DNA from: Laetmonice hystrix
Taxonomy: Eukaryota
DNA: 64,000 bases
Reading direction: 5' to 3'
Assembly: GCA_965235115.1 (NCBI GenBank)
Contig: OZ249439.1
Coordinates: 33,666,001 to 33,730,000, forward strand
The translations under genes and the position numbers were made by a program. Below, in pieces: positions 1-12,147 of the stretch (position 1 is the first letter of the stretch; each line of letters begins with the position of its first letter). The notes beneath the pieces were generated by a model, which saw only the letters and a list, made by a program, of their open reading frames with translations, searched no databases and was not told where the DNA came from.

Positions 1-165
1 CACCGGTTGGACCACGGTCGAAACCCATCTTTAACAGACTCACTGACTGACGGGGCCACCGGTTGGACCACGGTCGAAACCCATCTTTAACAGACTCACT
101 GACTGACAGGGCCACCGGTTGGACCACGGTCGAAACCCATCTTTAACAGACTCACTGACTGACAT
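1..165. repeat. Tandem repeat, about 3 copies of a 56-bp unit (truncated by window start)
   Basis: CACCGGTTGGACCACGGTCGAAACCCATCTTTAACAGACTCACTGACTGAC recurs at 1, 57 and 113. It lies just downstream of the CACTA-type ORF and could be a subterminal array (inference). Confidence 0.9.
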
Positions 166-228
166 TTACCATTTAAAAATACTGAGCCAAGGGTGGGATA
201 TGTTTGTTATCGATCAAAGTAACTTGAT

Positions 229-3200
229 CTACAAATGGAAATCTCTGTTGATTGGGATCACTACTAATACCTTAGTACCCTTGTCCTCCAAAATTACTCT
301 TCCGAATTTCAACATTATTCGCTGAACTGGTAGAAACGAAGATGGTCCAGGACACTCAAAACTTCTCAACTTCCAAACCGATAGTGGCCTACGGAAGCCC
401 ATTGCATTTGAATGTGGTTTGTACCAGTCTACACGTGCAAACACGTGGGGAATGAGCTTTCCATCTATCACAAGGCTGTGTTTTATGTACGATCGGACTA
501 CTGCTGGCCGGGCACTCTCAGGGCTGCAGTCATTGGTGGAATACCAAGATGCAAGCACCCATCCACAGCTATTTTTCATTTTACACCTTTGGGAACTGAA
601 ATACTCCGACCCAATGTTTACTTCCCCATGTTCCATCCAAGTGAACAACATGTTGTTATCATTTATGTGCAGATCGGGGTACATCATCTTGTATGTACGT
701 TTTAGTAAGTTCATGTCTTCTTCGTCCAAACGCTTAATTTTGTAACGTGATGCAAGGGAGATTGCATCCAGCAACTGCCAACTATTAGTACAGTTCGCAA
801 TCTCTTCCTCCGGTATATGCGCAATATTGGCAACACTGACGGTTTTCGATGTTCTTTGTTCTCTGGGATTCATACCAGCAAAAGTTTCTGTATATTCTGT
901 TGGCATACTACTTTCCATTTGTACCAAGGATATTCCGGTAAGAAACGACCTCATAATTTGTATCTCAATGTACCGGTTGTTTGTATTAAATGCACCAAGC
1001 ATGCCATTATACCGCTCAAAAGCAAACAGCCAAAACCCGTAAATGCTCCCATAATCGCTGATGCATTCATGCAGATGGCAGTGTAAGTGCATATTTGGCG
1101 TAATAGCTCCTTTACCATATAGTTCCTCTACCTTTCTACCAAAGCCTAAGAAACATGCATCAGCAGTTTTTATTTCCTCTCTCCGTACATATGGCTTTAC
1201 TATGAAAGAACAACCAAGCACAAATTTTTCCCAACATTTCAAGTGTTCATCCGGAAGAATGCCATTTAAACAATACATAGAAAGAACAAGTGTCCAACTC
1301 TTCCACTCATGCGCAGTCCAAGCACCCCAGTTTGAGCTGATTGAACAAGCCCTCCATCTAGATTCTAGGTTTACTGTCATTTGCTGGAGTCTTTCATCTA
1401 TAAGAGCTATTTGTTTCTTATTTAAGATTCCTTCATCCACCCAGACTTTCCACATACGCTTGCTTGTCCCTAAGAAAAGGTTATGCATGGGATCAATGAT
1501 ACAAAAGCGAATTGCGTCGTAATAAGGCAGATCTAAAAAAGGAGTGTATCTTACCCCATACTTGCTCTCTGTTGCACTTTTTCTAGTAATATTTTTACAT
1601 TGAAGAACCTCCCGCACTTGCTTAACATGTTGCAAATGAGTACGTTTAGGCCATAGATACCGATCAAAACCGCTGTAGTCGGACTTTTCGCCGAATTGCT
1701 TTGGAAAGGTTTTCATACATTTATTGCAGCCTTGTGCGGCACTGTGCGACAAGAAACCACAAAGTTTCCTTGCAGCGGGAATATCAGCAGCTGCACACAG
1801 TAATGCTGCACGAATACGAATGCCGTTGGGGTAGTTTTGTGTTGGTATTCTAATACCCGGATTCCAGAGACTCTTGAGTTCCTCAACCAAGGGTCTAAGG
1901 AAGTTTTCCAGTGAAGCGGGTTCCTTTTTCAATGCAGGTATTATTCCTACCAGAATAACATTCTCCCGTTTAAAACGCACCTCACGAGGCAGGTTCATAA
2001 GGACCATGTATATTACTCCTACGGACACATTAGACCGCCTGTCAAAGGGTTGAAACCAATCTACATTAATCATAAGACCATAATTATTTGGAGCCGACAG
2101 AAAATCATTATCATCAACCCGTTGGAAATCCTTCCACACACGGCCATCATACACATCTGCATAACAGTCGGTAGGAACTGACCGGCTTCTCCAATGTTCG
2201 CACTGATCTTCTATATCGTTTCTTTGTAGTAACATTTGTAGGCTGTCTGTAATAGGCTTATAACAATACACCTTTATGGGACAAAACATAAGTTGGCGAT
2301 CTGAAGTCAACACTTCTTCCAATAACTTTGACCCACATGCCACACTCTTGCCCCTCCTGCTGATCATATTACTGCATTTCTTTGCCTTCCTCTGTCCCCG
2401 AACTGTTACAATTAGTTCATCAATAGTGTGATATATTTCAAAGCACTGTGGACATACGATAAGTCGCTCAAAATTGTCCCTGTCTAAGCCTAAATACTTT
2501 CGAACAAGGTATAAACTTCGAGGAAAAGACTCGGCTATTTTTGCTAAAAATTCGCTTTTTACACTTAAAATCATGAACAACCTAGAAAACAGCATAAGTA
2601 TCCAATTAAATGCCTTCTCAGACAGCATATTCGTGGCATTCCACGTGGCTAGTAACCAGACAATCCACATGATCAAATTCAAATATGACTTGCGTTCACT
2701 GGCACAACCTTGAAAATCGGGCTCTGTCAGGCCGGCACCAATAACATTTTGATGATCACGCAATAGTTCTAATCCTAACTGTTTTGAATCTGCACTGACA
2801 TGAACATTTGCCTCATTACTGTCGTCATCAGATGTAGTGTCATCCTCTTCACTGTCCATAACATTATATATGTACTGATTTGTATTATCACAATAACCCT
2901 CTTCTTTCTCACTGTCGTCACCAATAAAGGTTTGAGACTCTACAATTAATTTTAGGTCCGTTTGGGTGCCACCCCCTACATTAGGTGAGCAGACAGAGTG
3001 GTTGTTTTCCCCACAATCCCGACTACAATTACCCGTTCCACAGCTCAGTGTACTCGATGTTCTCGCGGCATTCGCCAGTATTGCACCAAGAGATGTGTCA
3101 GCTGACATTTGGTGAGGTGGCCTCATCGGTTGAGGAGTTCGAGCCCCCAGTTTAACCCTGTTAGCCTGTACTGTGCTGCATACGCCGTAATTTTTTTGCA

Positions 3201-3300
3201 TTTGCTTATGCCGATAATAAGTGCGTCTGTCAAGGTGTTCCCGGCACATGCCGCAAAATATCGTCTTTCTCGATACCCCCATCTTATCAAGGTACAACAA
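229..3300 (-). CDS. CACTA/EnSpm (CMC superfamily) transposase, 1023 aa, uninterrupted
   Basis: Transposase_21-like motifs YADVYDGRVWKDF, INVDWFQPF, NLPREVRFKRENVILVGIIP, ADIPAARKLCGF, CNKC, IDPMHNLFLG, NMHLHCHL..I.DYG.IYGFWLFAFERYNG. N-terminal CxxC-H motif. No stops or frameshifts. Confidence 0.88.
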   Translation of the reverse strand: MLYLDKMGVSRKTIFCGMCREHLDRRTYYRHKQMQKNYGVCSTVQANRVKLGARTPQPMRPPHQMSADTSLGAILANAARTSSTLSCGTGNCSRDCGENNHSVCSPNVGGGTQTDLKLIVESQTFIGDDSEKEEGYCDNTNQYIYNVMDSEEDDTTSDDDSNEANVHVSADSKQLGLELLRDHQNVIGAGLTEPDFQGCASERKSYLNLIMWIVWLLATWNATNMLSEKAFNWILMLFSRLFMILSVKSEFLAKIAESFPRSLYLVRKYLGLDRDNFERLIVCPQCFEIYHTIDELIVTVRGQRKAKKCSNMISRRGKSVACGSKLLEEVLTSDRQLMFCPIKVYCYKPITDSLQMLLQRNDIEDQCEHWRSRSVPTDCYADVYDGRVWKDFQRVDDNDFLSAPNNYGLMINVDWFQPFDRRSNVSVGVIYMVLMNLPREVRFKRENVILVGIIPALKKEPASLENFLRPLVEELKSLWNPGIRIPTQNYPNGIRIRAALLCAAADIPAARKLCGFLSHSAAQGCNKCMKTFPKQFGEKSDYSGFDRYLWPKRTHLQHVKQVREVLQCKNITRKSATESKYGVRYTPFLDLPYYDAIRFCIIDPMHNLFLGTSKRMWKVWVDEGILNKKQIALIDERLQQMTVNLESRWRACSISSNWGAWTAHEWKSWTLVLSMYCLNGILPDEHLKCWEKFVLGCSFIVKPYVRREEIKTADACFLGFGRKVEELYGKGAITPNMHLHCHLHECISDYGSIYGFWLFAFERYNGMLGAFNTNNRYIEIQIMRSFLTGISLVQMESSMPTEYTETFAGMNPREQRTSKTVSVANIAHIPEEEIANCTNSWQLLDAISLASRYKIKRLDEEDMNLLKRTYKMMYPDLHINDNNMLFTWMEHGEVNIGSEYFSSQRCKMKNSCGWVLASWYSTNDCSPESARPAVVRSYIKHSLVIDGKLIPHVFARVDWYKPHSNAMGFRRPLSVWKLRSFECPGPSSFLPVQRIMLKFGRVILEDKGTKVLVVIPINRDFHL

Positions 3301-4181
3301 TGCGTCTTTTCTTAAGTAGCTGCAAATAGAATTGTTTTGGATTAACCATAAATATACAATGTATAGCTTCCTTACGTAGCCTTCGGATTCGTGTGACCTT
3401 CTCTCTGGTATGAACTGTCGTTCACTGGTTCCAGGATAATTTACCGGGTACTTTTATAAACCATGCAAGTATACGGACAGGGAAGCAGCTCCCAAACATA
3501 ACATTCCATTCAGACACCCGTCTGAGATCTGGCTACATTTAACAAACAGGCCTATGGAGAGAATTCGCCTGAGTGGTCTGGCTGTGTGGGGAAACACAGG
3601 TCTCTTTAGTTATAGGTTCCCCATGTCGGCTCCTAGTCATAACTTACTGACCTACCCCAACAACCACACGTCACATCATCTTATATATTTTGTGTATTCA
3701 GACTGTCGCGACGGGCTTCTGACTGCTTCAGCAGATCAACCCCATGGCCAAACTTGCTACGCTTGTTGACCTCACCAGTCAGATCGGTGGTGCATGACGG
3801 CGTTTTGACTGACCAAATTTGGTCTCCCTGACTGAACAATACGTGTCAGGCTTGAAAGAGCATTGCTGTAATTCACTTATACTTGACACCTTGGCGAAGA
3901 GAGTATACACCCCATCAGCCCGCCTGCTATCGCTAATTCCTAGGAAATAAAGCGATCGGAGCATTTTACTCCAACACAGCTATTTTACTCAGCTATCTTA
4001 CACATTGTAAGGCACTAATAAAAGCTGCTAAAAGACTTGTATTGGTGTAGTAAATATTTTCTTTTATTACACTCGGCTGTTATAAATCCAAACGGAGCTA
4101 TAATGCACTGTTGGTAAGCTGTTATAATGGTGCAGGTCATTATGACAATAAGGTCTGCCGAAGGCAGTCCTTTAAGCTGGG

Positions 4182-4500
4182 CGTAAAGGTGCGTATCTGT
4201 GCGTTACATATGACTTTACGCTAAGCGGAATGAACGCACGTAAGTGTGCGTCACATGTGACTTTACTGCCAGCGGTGCAGAGTCCCTTACGGCGGGCGTC
4301 AGTCTGCGTATCGGTGCGTGACATATCACCTTACGGTGAGCGGCAGGGGGCCCCTTACGCTCGCCGTAATGGTGCGCATCAGTGCGTTACATATGACTTT
4401 ACGGTGAGCGGAGGTAACTCCCTTACGCTGACCGTAAGGCAGCGTAAGGGGGCGGGAAGTGTGACATTACGCTGCGCCGTAAGTGGTATCATTTGGTGCG
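4182..4500. repeat. Cluster of short direct and inverted motifs (GCGTTACATATGACTTTACG, CTTACG/CGTAAG)
   Basis: GCGTTACATATGACTTTACG occurs near 4202 and 4384 with degenerate copies between them, plus many CTTACG/CGTAAG hexamers. It resembles a transposon subterminal array upstream of the CACTA ORF. Confidence 0.55.
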
Positions 4501-5013
4501 GTGATCCCCCTCTAAGATTCTGAGCCCCACGCCTCCTCCCGTTTGGGAAAACACTGGATCCGCCCCTGGGTAGCAGTAGGTGAAATGAATTAACACCCAT
4601 AAGGCATGACCCCTTTCAAGGCACTAGCCAAGATTATTCTGGTCATTTCCGGTTTCGATGGACACCATATTGGATTTCGTGGCCATCTTGAAATTTGAAA
4701 GTTAGAAATGGATGCAGCCCTCGGATAACCCGCGGAATTTACTCAAATATCCTCAAAATTGGTCCACTGAGAGCTGAAATAAGCCCCTATAGTTACTTCC
4801 CGTTAAATGGCAGCCATCTTGGAATTGGCGGCCATCTTGATTTCGAATATGTCACATATACAATCAGCGTTCATAACAATCCCTAAAACCATTCAGAGAT
4901 TATAGAAATGTCGAAAAAAGAAAACATACCCAAAGGCAACTAGAATAACTTGCACACACATTGAATTTCTCAAACGGGTGAATCAGGGCGAATCCGACTA
5001 CGGAACGAAATTT

Positions 5014-5258
5014 TGATTTTCTCAAAAGGGCGAATTTGTGCTATGCATTTCCGGTGCTTGTATCTACAACTTCCGGTCGGACGAGTCCGAGGTACTTAAT
5101 GTTTTAAAAGGGGCTCAATGTTTATTTGCACAAAGCATACTTTACTTTGCAGTTTCATGTAATATTTGAGACAAAGAACCCGTCCAAACTTTAGCCACAT
5201 TTTTTATGCGATTTTCTCAAAACGTCAAAATTCGGGATTCGCCCCTTCGAGAAAATCA
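5014..5258. mobile_element. MITE-like inverted-repeat element
   Basis: TGATTTTCTCAAAAGGGCGAAT (5014-5035) pairs with ATTCGCCCCTTCGAGAAAATCA (5237-5258), 2 mismatches. No TSD established. Confidence 0.5.
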
Positions 5259-5989
5259 TAACGATATTTTCCTAATGCGGGTGATCCACACAGCCGGTTT
5301 TGTAGCGGTACACCAGCGGTCAAGCAGCGGTGGACCCTAGCGGTATACATCGCTGTTGTACCGCTGGTGTGATCAGTGTCGCAGTAGCGATGTCGTTACG
5401 GTACGTGAACCGGTCCGTGCTTACGGTATGTTAGCAGTAAGATTAAACATATTTGATATTTTTCGACTGCAGCGCGCTCCGGTACAGCACCGCTAGCGCG
5501 CCGATTCAACGTCTTTGTAGTGGATCAGGTGAAGCGGTGTATTTACGGTAATACAGTTTGCCTCAGCGAATCACATGTCCAGAAATTCATGACAGGCGCC
5601 TTGCGCATGCGCAGTTCCGGCCCATTGGGCCCACAGCCAAATCGAATGGAGAGATTATTTAAATTGCCTGTAGAGGGCGGTAAACTATAGCAGTGCCATT
5701 TGCCTGATCGCTGTTCGAACCAGAGAGGTTTTATAGGTATTCTCTCAAAAAATCGTAGCAATCTGACCATTTTTCCCTATTTACATGGTGCAGACCTGCC
5801 AACCTACAGAGAGAAGAAACCGAGAGATTTTTAAAAGTTGGCGTCCAAAAACCTGGAAATTGGGAGGAAAACCGGGCGATTTTTTGGGGAAAACCTGGAG
5901 ATTTTGGGGAAAAACCTGGAGGCTACATATTGATGAAATTATTGTCCGTAATAATTTGTAATTATTTGTTCTAATTCATTTCTTTCAAA

Positions 5990-6077
5990 ATCCATACACT
6001 TCTGAGTAATCGCTGTCAATGGACATACGTATGGCGCGACATACGTGTACGTACAGACAGACAGACGGAGGTCAAAT
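5990..6077 (+). mobile_element. Left part of the 3' end of a Helentron-associated (HINE/DINE-like) repeat, split by the ISL2EU insertion
   Basis: CCATACACTTCTGAGTAATCGCTGTC...CAGACAGACAGACGGAGGTCAAAT matches the uninterrupted copy at about 47270-47345. It continues at 28940. Confidence 0.75.
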
Positions 6078-6179
6078 AGCGCTTGTCAGTGACGACGTCA
6101 TCAGAAGCTGTGTAGTGTACTACGTAGAACACAGACGGAGAGCAGGTAGGACAAACGCACGCGTGACTGCATCTGAACA

Positions 6180-6704
6180 ATGGCCAGCACCGCACCGTTC
6201 TATCAAGTTAATCTCACCCCAGACGATGTTCCAGGGGCCAAGTTCGTTTACAAAGAAGTTCACCAGCATTCGAACTGTCAGCTGAAGAGGTGGCTTGAAT
6301 GTAGGGGCCTCCCACTAAAAGGGAACAAAGATGAACTTGTGAAGCGGTAAGTTTTAAACTTACCGCCATAACGTTCCGGCGGCAGAGAGTCAAGTTAGGC
6401 CTAACGGTTAACTTACTACTTAGCCAGTGTTACACTGCCAGTATTTAGTTAAAGTTGTGTATACAACCATAATAACACGTTCTGGTCAGCTGGTCAAACT
6501 ACAGCCCGCCCAAGTCAAGTCTGCCCGGTCATCTCTGCCCCTCGCTCGCTTCCAAGGCCGAACTTGACTGTTAGTGTGTTGTAGTAGCCAGTACTGCCTG
6601 AGTAGGGTGAACTTGTAGTGTTGACAGCCCTGCCTCGACGTCGCATTCCCCAAACTCATGAACTCTTGCCTTCTGCGTGTCGCCAGGAATCTTCTCGGGG
6701 TGGG

Positions 6705-6751
<47 letters not shown>

Positions 6752-9700
6752 CCGGATAATACCGTAGCGTAGGATTCCTAAAGTAAGGTGTAGGTAAACA
6801 TGGCCAGTTGCCATAGCAGAGTGGGGTAGAATAAAGCAGGGACGGCCATGTGAAAAAACCTCTGACTCTGTGGGCCTCACAAAGGCTGTAAGTGTTATGT
6901 GCCTTCTTCCTTACTTTAGGAAGTCTACAGTATATGGAGGTCCGATCAAAAAGCCCAGCAGCTGAGCAGGGGGCTGCACCCCAAATTTGAGAATATGGGG
7001 TCTAAAATCCGTGACTCTGATGCAAAATGTTGTCCAAAACTAATGAATAATTTAATATTTTTTCCTGTTTTCCAGGGGCCATGGGCCCCTTGCCCTCCCT
7101 CGCTACACCCATGCCAAACTCCCAAAACAAACGTCTATTAAAACAATCGGTTTGTTCAAACATACGTAACCTGTTATCTAGAGGGTAAGTGACAGTCTTA
7201 TTAGTGGCGTAGCTAGAATCTTTCTCAGGGCGGGGGGGGGGGGGGGGGGGGGGCAACTTTAACAAATTTCCCTGAAAGTAAATTTCCCCAGTAAGCTAAT
7301 AACCACGCAACAATTAAATGTTTTTATTTTTTACTTTATTGATTTAAAGTTCAATTTTCACATAAACCATATAAAATGAAATTTTAAAAAATCAATGTTA
7401 AACAGACCCTGAAATCACACTAGGGAAAAAGCAGATCATGTGCAACATTTTGGTCAAACGCTGTTTGCCTAATGCAGGCAGGAAGGGAGATCTAATTTCA
7501 TATTTACACCCTTAAATTAACTGTAATGGGAAATTATTCTTTAAAAAACATGAATTTTAACATATCTATTTTGAGATTCGTTATTCAAGTTTTGCTTTCT
7601 AAGGGCCTATTTCCCCAAATGTCGCTCTGATATTTTCAAGGGGACCAGCTTGCCCCCCCCCCCTCCCCCCTGGCTACACCACTGAGTGAGTGTGTGGTGG
7701 TTTAACACCATGCCAGCTGCCAGGGCCAGAGCAAGGCATGGCGAGAGCAAGGTAAAACAACACAAGCTACGCCAATGAGCCAAAATACACTATGCGCCCT
7801 TCCCAAGCCATACTCATTGATGGGTAGAAATGGGGGGGGGGGGGGGGAGCCACGGGCAGAGATGACGGGCATTAACGGTCATGATGGTCATGAATTAGAA
7901 GTACATGACATTTACTTATATGTAGAAGGGACATACCAGTTTTCAAACACTGTTTAGCTTTAACTGTTAAAATTTAAACATTCTTGACACGTTCAGTTTT
8001 CAGAATCTTTTCAGTTCAGCCTTTGTTGAGTGGTTCCGTGTTTCTTTATGGGCAAGTTAGCAACCAGTCATCTCATGGTGGTGAGGTAGTACTAAGTATA
8101 ATCAAAGTTACTCAGAATGATACTCTTAAAGGAAATCATATACAAGTTGGTTCTCAAATACGCTAACTTATTTTAAAGAGTGCTTTCAGGAAAAATGGAT
8201 TTAAGATAGGAACGAATGTAAAGATGTTATAAAGGTTTTTGTAGTCATTGTTGGCACACCAGTGTATTATGTTTCTCTGAGACTTGACATTATGTTTTTC
8301 CATTACTTTTTACATTTCTTTTTCTTTGCGTATACTTTGTACTTGAAATGTACAGTTTTTGTATCAATAAAGTTTTTTTTATCGTTTTTATTATTATTGT
8401 TATTCATTCAGTCATTTCTTCATTCCAATCATAAAAATGAATTCCCTTTATAAAAAAAATTGTCACTAATTTGTCATTAAAAAAATTTCCATTAACGAAT
8501 AAAAAATATTACTCTGTTCAGGAATATATCCAGGGCGATTTAGAATGGCTCGCCATGCCCCCATAAACCTTTGGCGTTTATGCCTTTTGTTACCCCAAAG
8601 ACTGCTGTACATGCCTTTTTTTACAACCAAGCCACTCGTCAATCTCTCTCTCTCTCCTCAATCTCTCTCTCTCTCCACAGACCAAATAGTACATTTTGCA
8701 CATCTCGTACCTCTCACAGCCGACATCCTGTGCGTTCAAATTCCCCTTCTACTACACTGTGCCCTTCTTTGTATGAGCACCATGACCCCTTTAAATCCTA
8801 GATATATCCCTGGTGTTGTTATATATTGTTTCTTTAACATGAACCCTTTTCTTTACTCTTAGGTTACCATAGACTGGTTTCTCACATTTTTTCAATACTT
8901 TTTCTTACGGCTAATTTCGAATTTATACTATAAATGACAAAAATTATTTGCATGATTTCTGGCAATGCCCTTTAAGTTTCAAGTCACTGATTCGATTACA
9001 ACCTCGTAGTACGTCCAACATTTTACTATTATCCAATGAACTTAGTACTTTCTGAGTAATAAACATTGGAATCTCAAATTTCCTTTTTAAAGACACACTA
9101 CTCTACTCACACACTTACTGTTTAGTTATTGCTGTCACTAATTACAGATGCATGGACTGTATTGGAGCAGGAAAGGCCACAGAGATTTCCATTGCTGTTG
9201 ATGGTGGTAAATGGTACCAAAGAAAGGTTCAGCAGGTCTTGAATTCTCTTGCATCCAATCCAACTAAAACAACATCAAATGAACCATCAAGAAAACCCCT
9301 TAACCCACAAGTACCCCCTCAACCCCCTGTGCTACCATTGACTGGTTGGAAACAGTTTCCATCTGTTCCTATCCCTGCAGAATTTTGTTACGGGACAATA
9401 TACCATCATATTATTGCAACAGCTAAAGTCAGGAAGACCTTTGGAAGTGATGATGATTGTGAATCTGATGAGAATGATTACAGCACCTCAAAGCCAATGC
9501 GCAAAGGTCGTCAGTATTTTGTAAGTGGGCATGTGACTGATATGCAGGACGTGACAAGATCAGGATGCTACTTCCTGAAAGCTTGTGTAAGATCATCCTT
9601 CCGGTCAGACACTTATGCGGTAACTGTTACTCTGAACAACAAGGATGGCCAAGTAGTAGATTCATCGTGTGAATGCCCCTCTTCATCCATGGGCAGGTGT

Positions 9701-10837
9701 AGTCATGTGTCTGGCTTGCTATTTGCCCTGGAGGACTACACCTTAACATTTGGACATCAACCAGCATCCTGCACCAGCAGACTTTGTGCCTGGAATGTTG
9801 GCCGGAAAAAAGCGAAAGATCCCCAGCCTGTTCATGTCACAGCATACAAGAAAAAGGGAGCACCAGATAGAATCATGTCACATGAGCCACGCCCTTCATC
9901 TTCTTGTACGCAACAGGCTGAGGATGATTTTCAGCACAGAATTATATCCACGCTGCCAAGTGTTGAGAATAAATCAATGTTTTCCACAGTCCTGGAACTT
10001 AATTACTCAGACTATGATTTGGAGTCTGACCGGCAGGAGGTCTTAACAGAACTGACCAATCAGTTCATCTGCTCCATGAAAGTTAATGTCACTGGCAGTG
10101 ACATTAACTTTCATGGAGCAGATGGCACTGCTGGTGAATTACCCAACACTCTGGGACAGGCAAATTCAGAGGAGTGGCACCATGTCAGGAAATGCCGCAT
10201 CACAGCCTCCAAGTGTAAAGCTTTTGCCAGCGTAAAATCTGACAGGGCGATGTTCAACCTCCTTCAAAGAACCCTCTGGGAAAAGGAAACAGTGAGAACC
10301 AAAAGCATGGAGTATGGCATTGAACATGAGAAGGATGCCCTTGAGCAGTACAAGAAACAAGCATATGAAAATGTCACGGTTAAGGAGAGTGGTTTTGGGG
10401 TGAATTCCAACTATCCAGGAATGGGCTGTAGCCCCGATGGACTTATTTATGATGGGGACAAGCTGGTTGGTACATTGGAAATCAAGTGTCCCACAGTGCT
10501 TGAAAAGTGTCATCCTCTGAATGCAGATGCAACTCTCACCCGCAAGCAGTTGTCTTCATTTTGCTCTATTAAGGAAAATGGAGCTCTGAAGCTGAAAAAC
10601 ACACACATGTATTACTACCAGGTTCAGATGCAGATGGCTATTTGCAAGGTGTACTGGTGTGATTTCGTTCTTTGGTCACCCGAAGGTATGACAGTACAAA
10701 GGATTCCCTTCGACCCTGCTTTCGGGGAGAAGACTGTCAAGGTTCTGAGCACTCTTTATGCATCTGTGTTTGTCCCTGAATATTTTGAAATGCGTGTGCC
10801 TTGGAAACTATTCCCTTTCAGACTTCCACAGCAGTAG
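6180..10837 (+). CDS. SAP-SWIM-YqaJ (lambda-exonuclease-like) nuclease of the ISL2EU element; exons 6180-6346 and 9148-10837, about 618 aa
   Basis: Exon 1 is absent from the ORF track and reads MASTAPFYQVNLTPDDVPGAKFVYKEVHQHSNCQLKRWLECRGLPLKGNKDELVKR (SAP motif). A phase-2 GTAAG donor and a TTACAG acceptor join it in frame (KR-CMDCIG). SWIM motif CECPSSSMGRCSHV. YqaJ motifs W..R..RITAS, YGIEHE, GCSPDGL, EIKCP, YYYQVQMQM. Confidence 0.9.
7202..7684. mobile_element. hAT-like MITE in the YqaJ gene intron
   Basis: TAGTGGCGTAGCTA at 7202 pairs with TGGCTACACCACTG ending at 7684 (imperfect TIR). No matching TSD seen. Confidence 0.45.
8641..8676. repeat. (CT)n microsatellite
   Basis: Two CT runs separated by CCTCAA. 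Confidence 0.8.
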
Positions 10838-11442
10838 TGAATGGTACCTTTGATTCGAACCCTAATGGTACCTTTAAACCATAAGGCTCCTTTTTCCAGT
10901 ACACTTTGATTGGTCCTGATCACTGAAGTAGTCTTTATAAATGCTAGAGTCTGCGGGCTCTGCACTTTGTGTGGGTGGGTGGGGGTGCCTGGGTGTGTGT
11001 GTATGTGTGTATCTGTGTGTGTTGGGTGGGGGGGGGGAGACCCTGTTTGATGAGGTTTGCTGACACCTTACAGGTTTAGATCTTGATTTTGGGGAGAGGG
11101 GGGCCTGGAGACTTTACTCCGAGATAAACTTTTTTCACTCCTGGTAAACAGATTTTAAACAAGTTTTTAACTGCATCAGAGTAGCTGGATCTTGTTTCAT
11201 TTTACCAGAGTCCACTTTTCTACTTAAATGACTCTGTGCATTTGTAAATATTTCATCTCTGGTCTGAGTCTTACTCAACAGCTCGACTCATTCATTTGTA
11301 CCACCTAGCCAGTAGCTACTCTTGTGACTCATTAAAATGTTCAAATTTTTTCACGTTGGTGTACTTGTACTTGTCACCATGTACAAATTCTTGATCGGCA
11401 CCATTTCACTGATCCATTTCACTGTACTTTTTCCGGAGGGGG

Positions 11443-12147
11443 CAGTGTTCTCCACAGGGTCGGGCCAAGGTCGGGCGGCCCGATGTGACGAGAGGCGAGC
11501 GCCGTTTGGTTGGGGGGGGGGTCTGGGGGTCATCCCCCAGAAAATTTTGATCTGTAGAAGCCCGGAGATGCGATTTCCCGGCATCTGGGAGAGAAAATGA
11601 CTGCTCTCGGAAGGCACCCCAATCGCCTATTTTTAACTGACCAAGTTCAGAAAACCATGGTTATAATCCTGAGCCAGAACAGTATGCCACAACGAAGAGC
11701 TAATTTTACTTAATTTTTATTACACTTTACGCCCAGGATGATTCCAAATGCCCCCAGCTCGATAGATCAGCGGTAGAACACAGTGGCCGACCCGGTCGTT
11801 GCTACGGCTACGCTGCTCACCAACCCTTACAGCATAGAATGGGCTGTCCCCAGTCACTGTGCGGTGGGCGATTCCACTTAACGTAGGGGGCCTGGGTTGG
11901 TCAGACGGCGAGTGTGACGGAGTTTGGCTGTGTCAAATCGTTATTTAAGTAATTTTAACTAGTTCTAAGACTAAGGCCCAGTAAGAGTATGATTCATTGC
12001 TACTGGGATAAGCGAGTTTAGACGATTGGAATGGATTTTAAGGTCGGGCGGTCGGCCGCCAAGGTCGGGCGGTCGTGACCAAGGTCGGGCGGCCCGCTGC
12101 CAAGGTCGGGCGGCCCGCCCGACCTTGGAGCCTTGTGGAGAACAGGG
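11443..12147. mobile_element. MITE with TGTTCTCCACA TIRs and repeated CCAAGGTCGGGCGG subterminal motifs
   Basis: CAGTGTTCTCCACAGGGTCGGGCCAAGGTCGGGCGG on the left is inverted to CCGCCCGACCTTGGAGCCTTGTGGAGAACAG on the right. About four direct AAGGTCGGGCGG copies lie at 12040-12120. Confidence 0.6.

Noticed and set aside
5280-5527. MITE bounded by TGATCCAC/GTGGATCA
   Set aside because: Only an 8-bp inverted match and no TSD.
9152-10837. Horizontally acquired phage YqaJ recombinase or prophage
   Set aside because: It has a spliceosomal intron and SAP/SWIM domains and lies inside ISL2EU TIRs opposite a THAP-DDE gene, which is the known ISL2EU layout.
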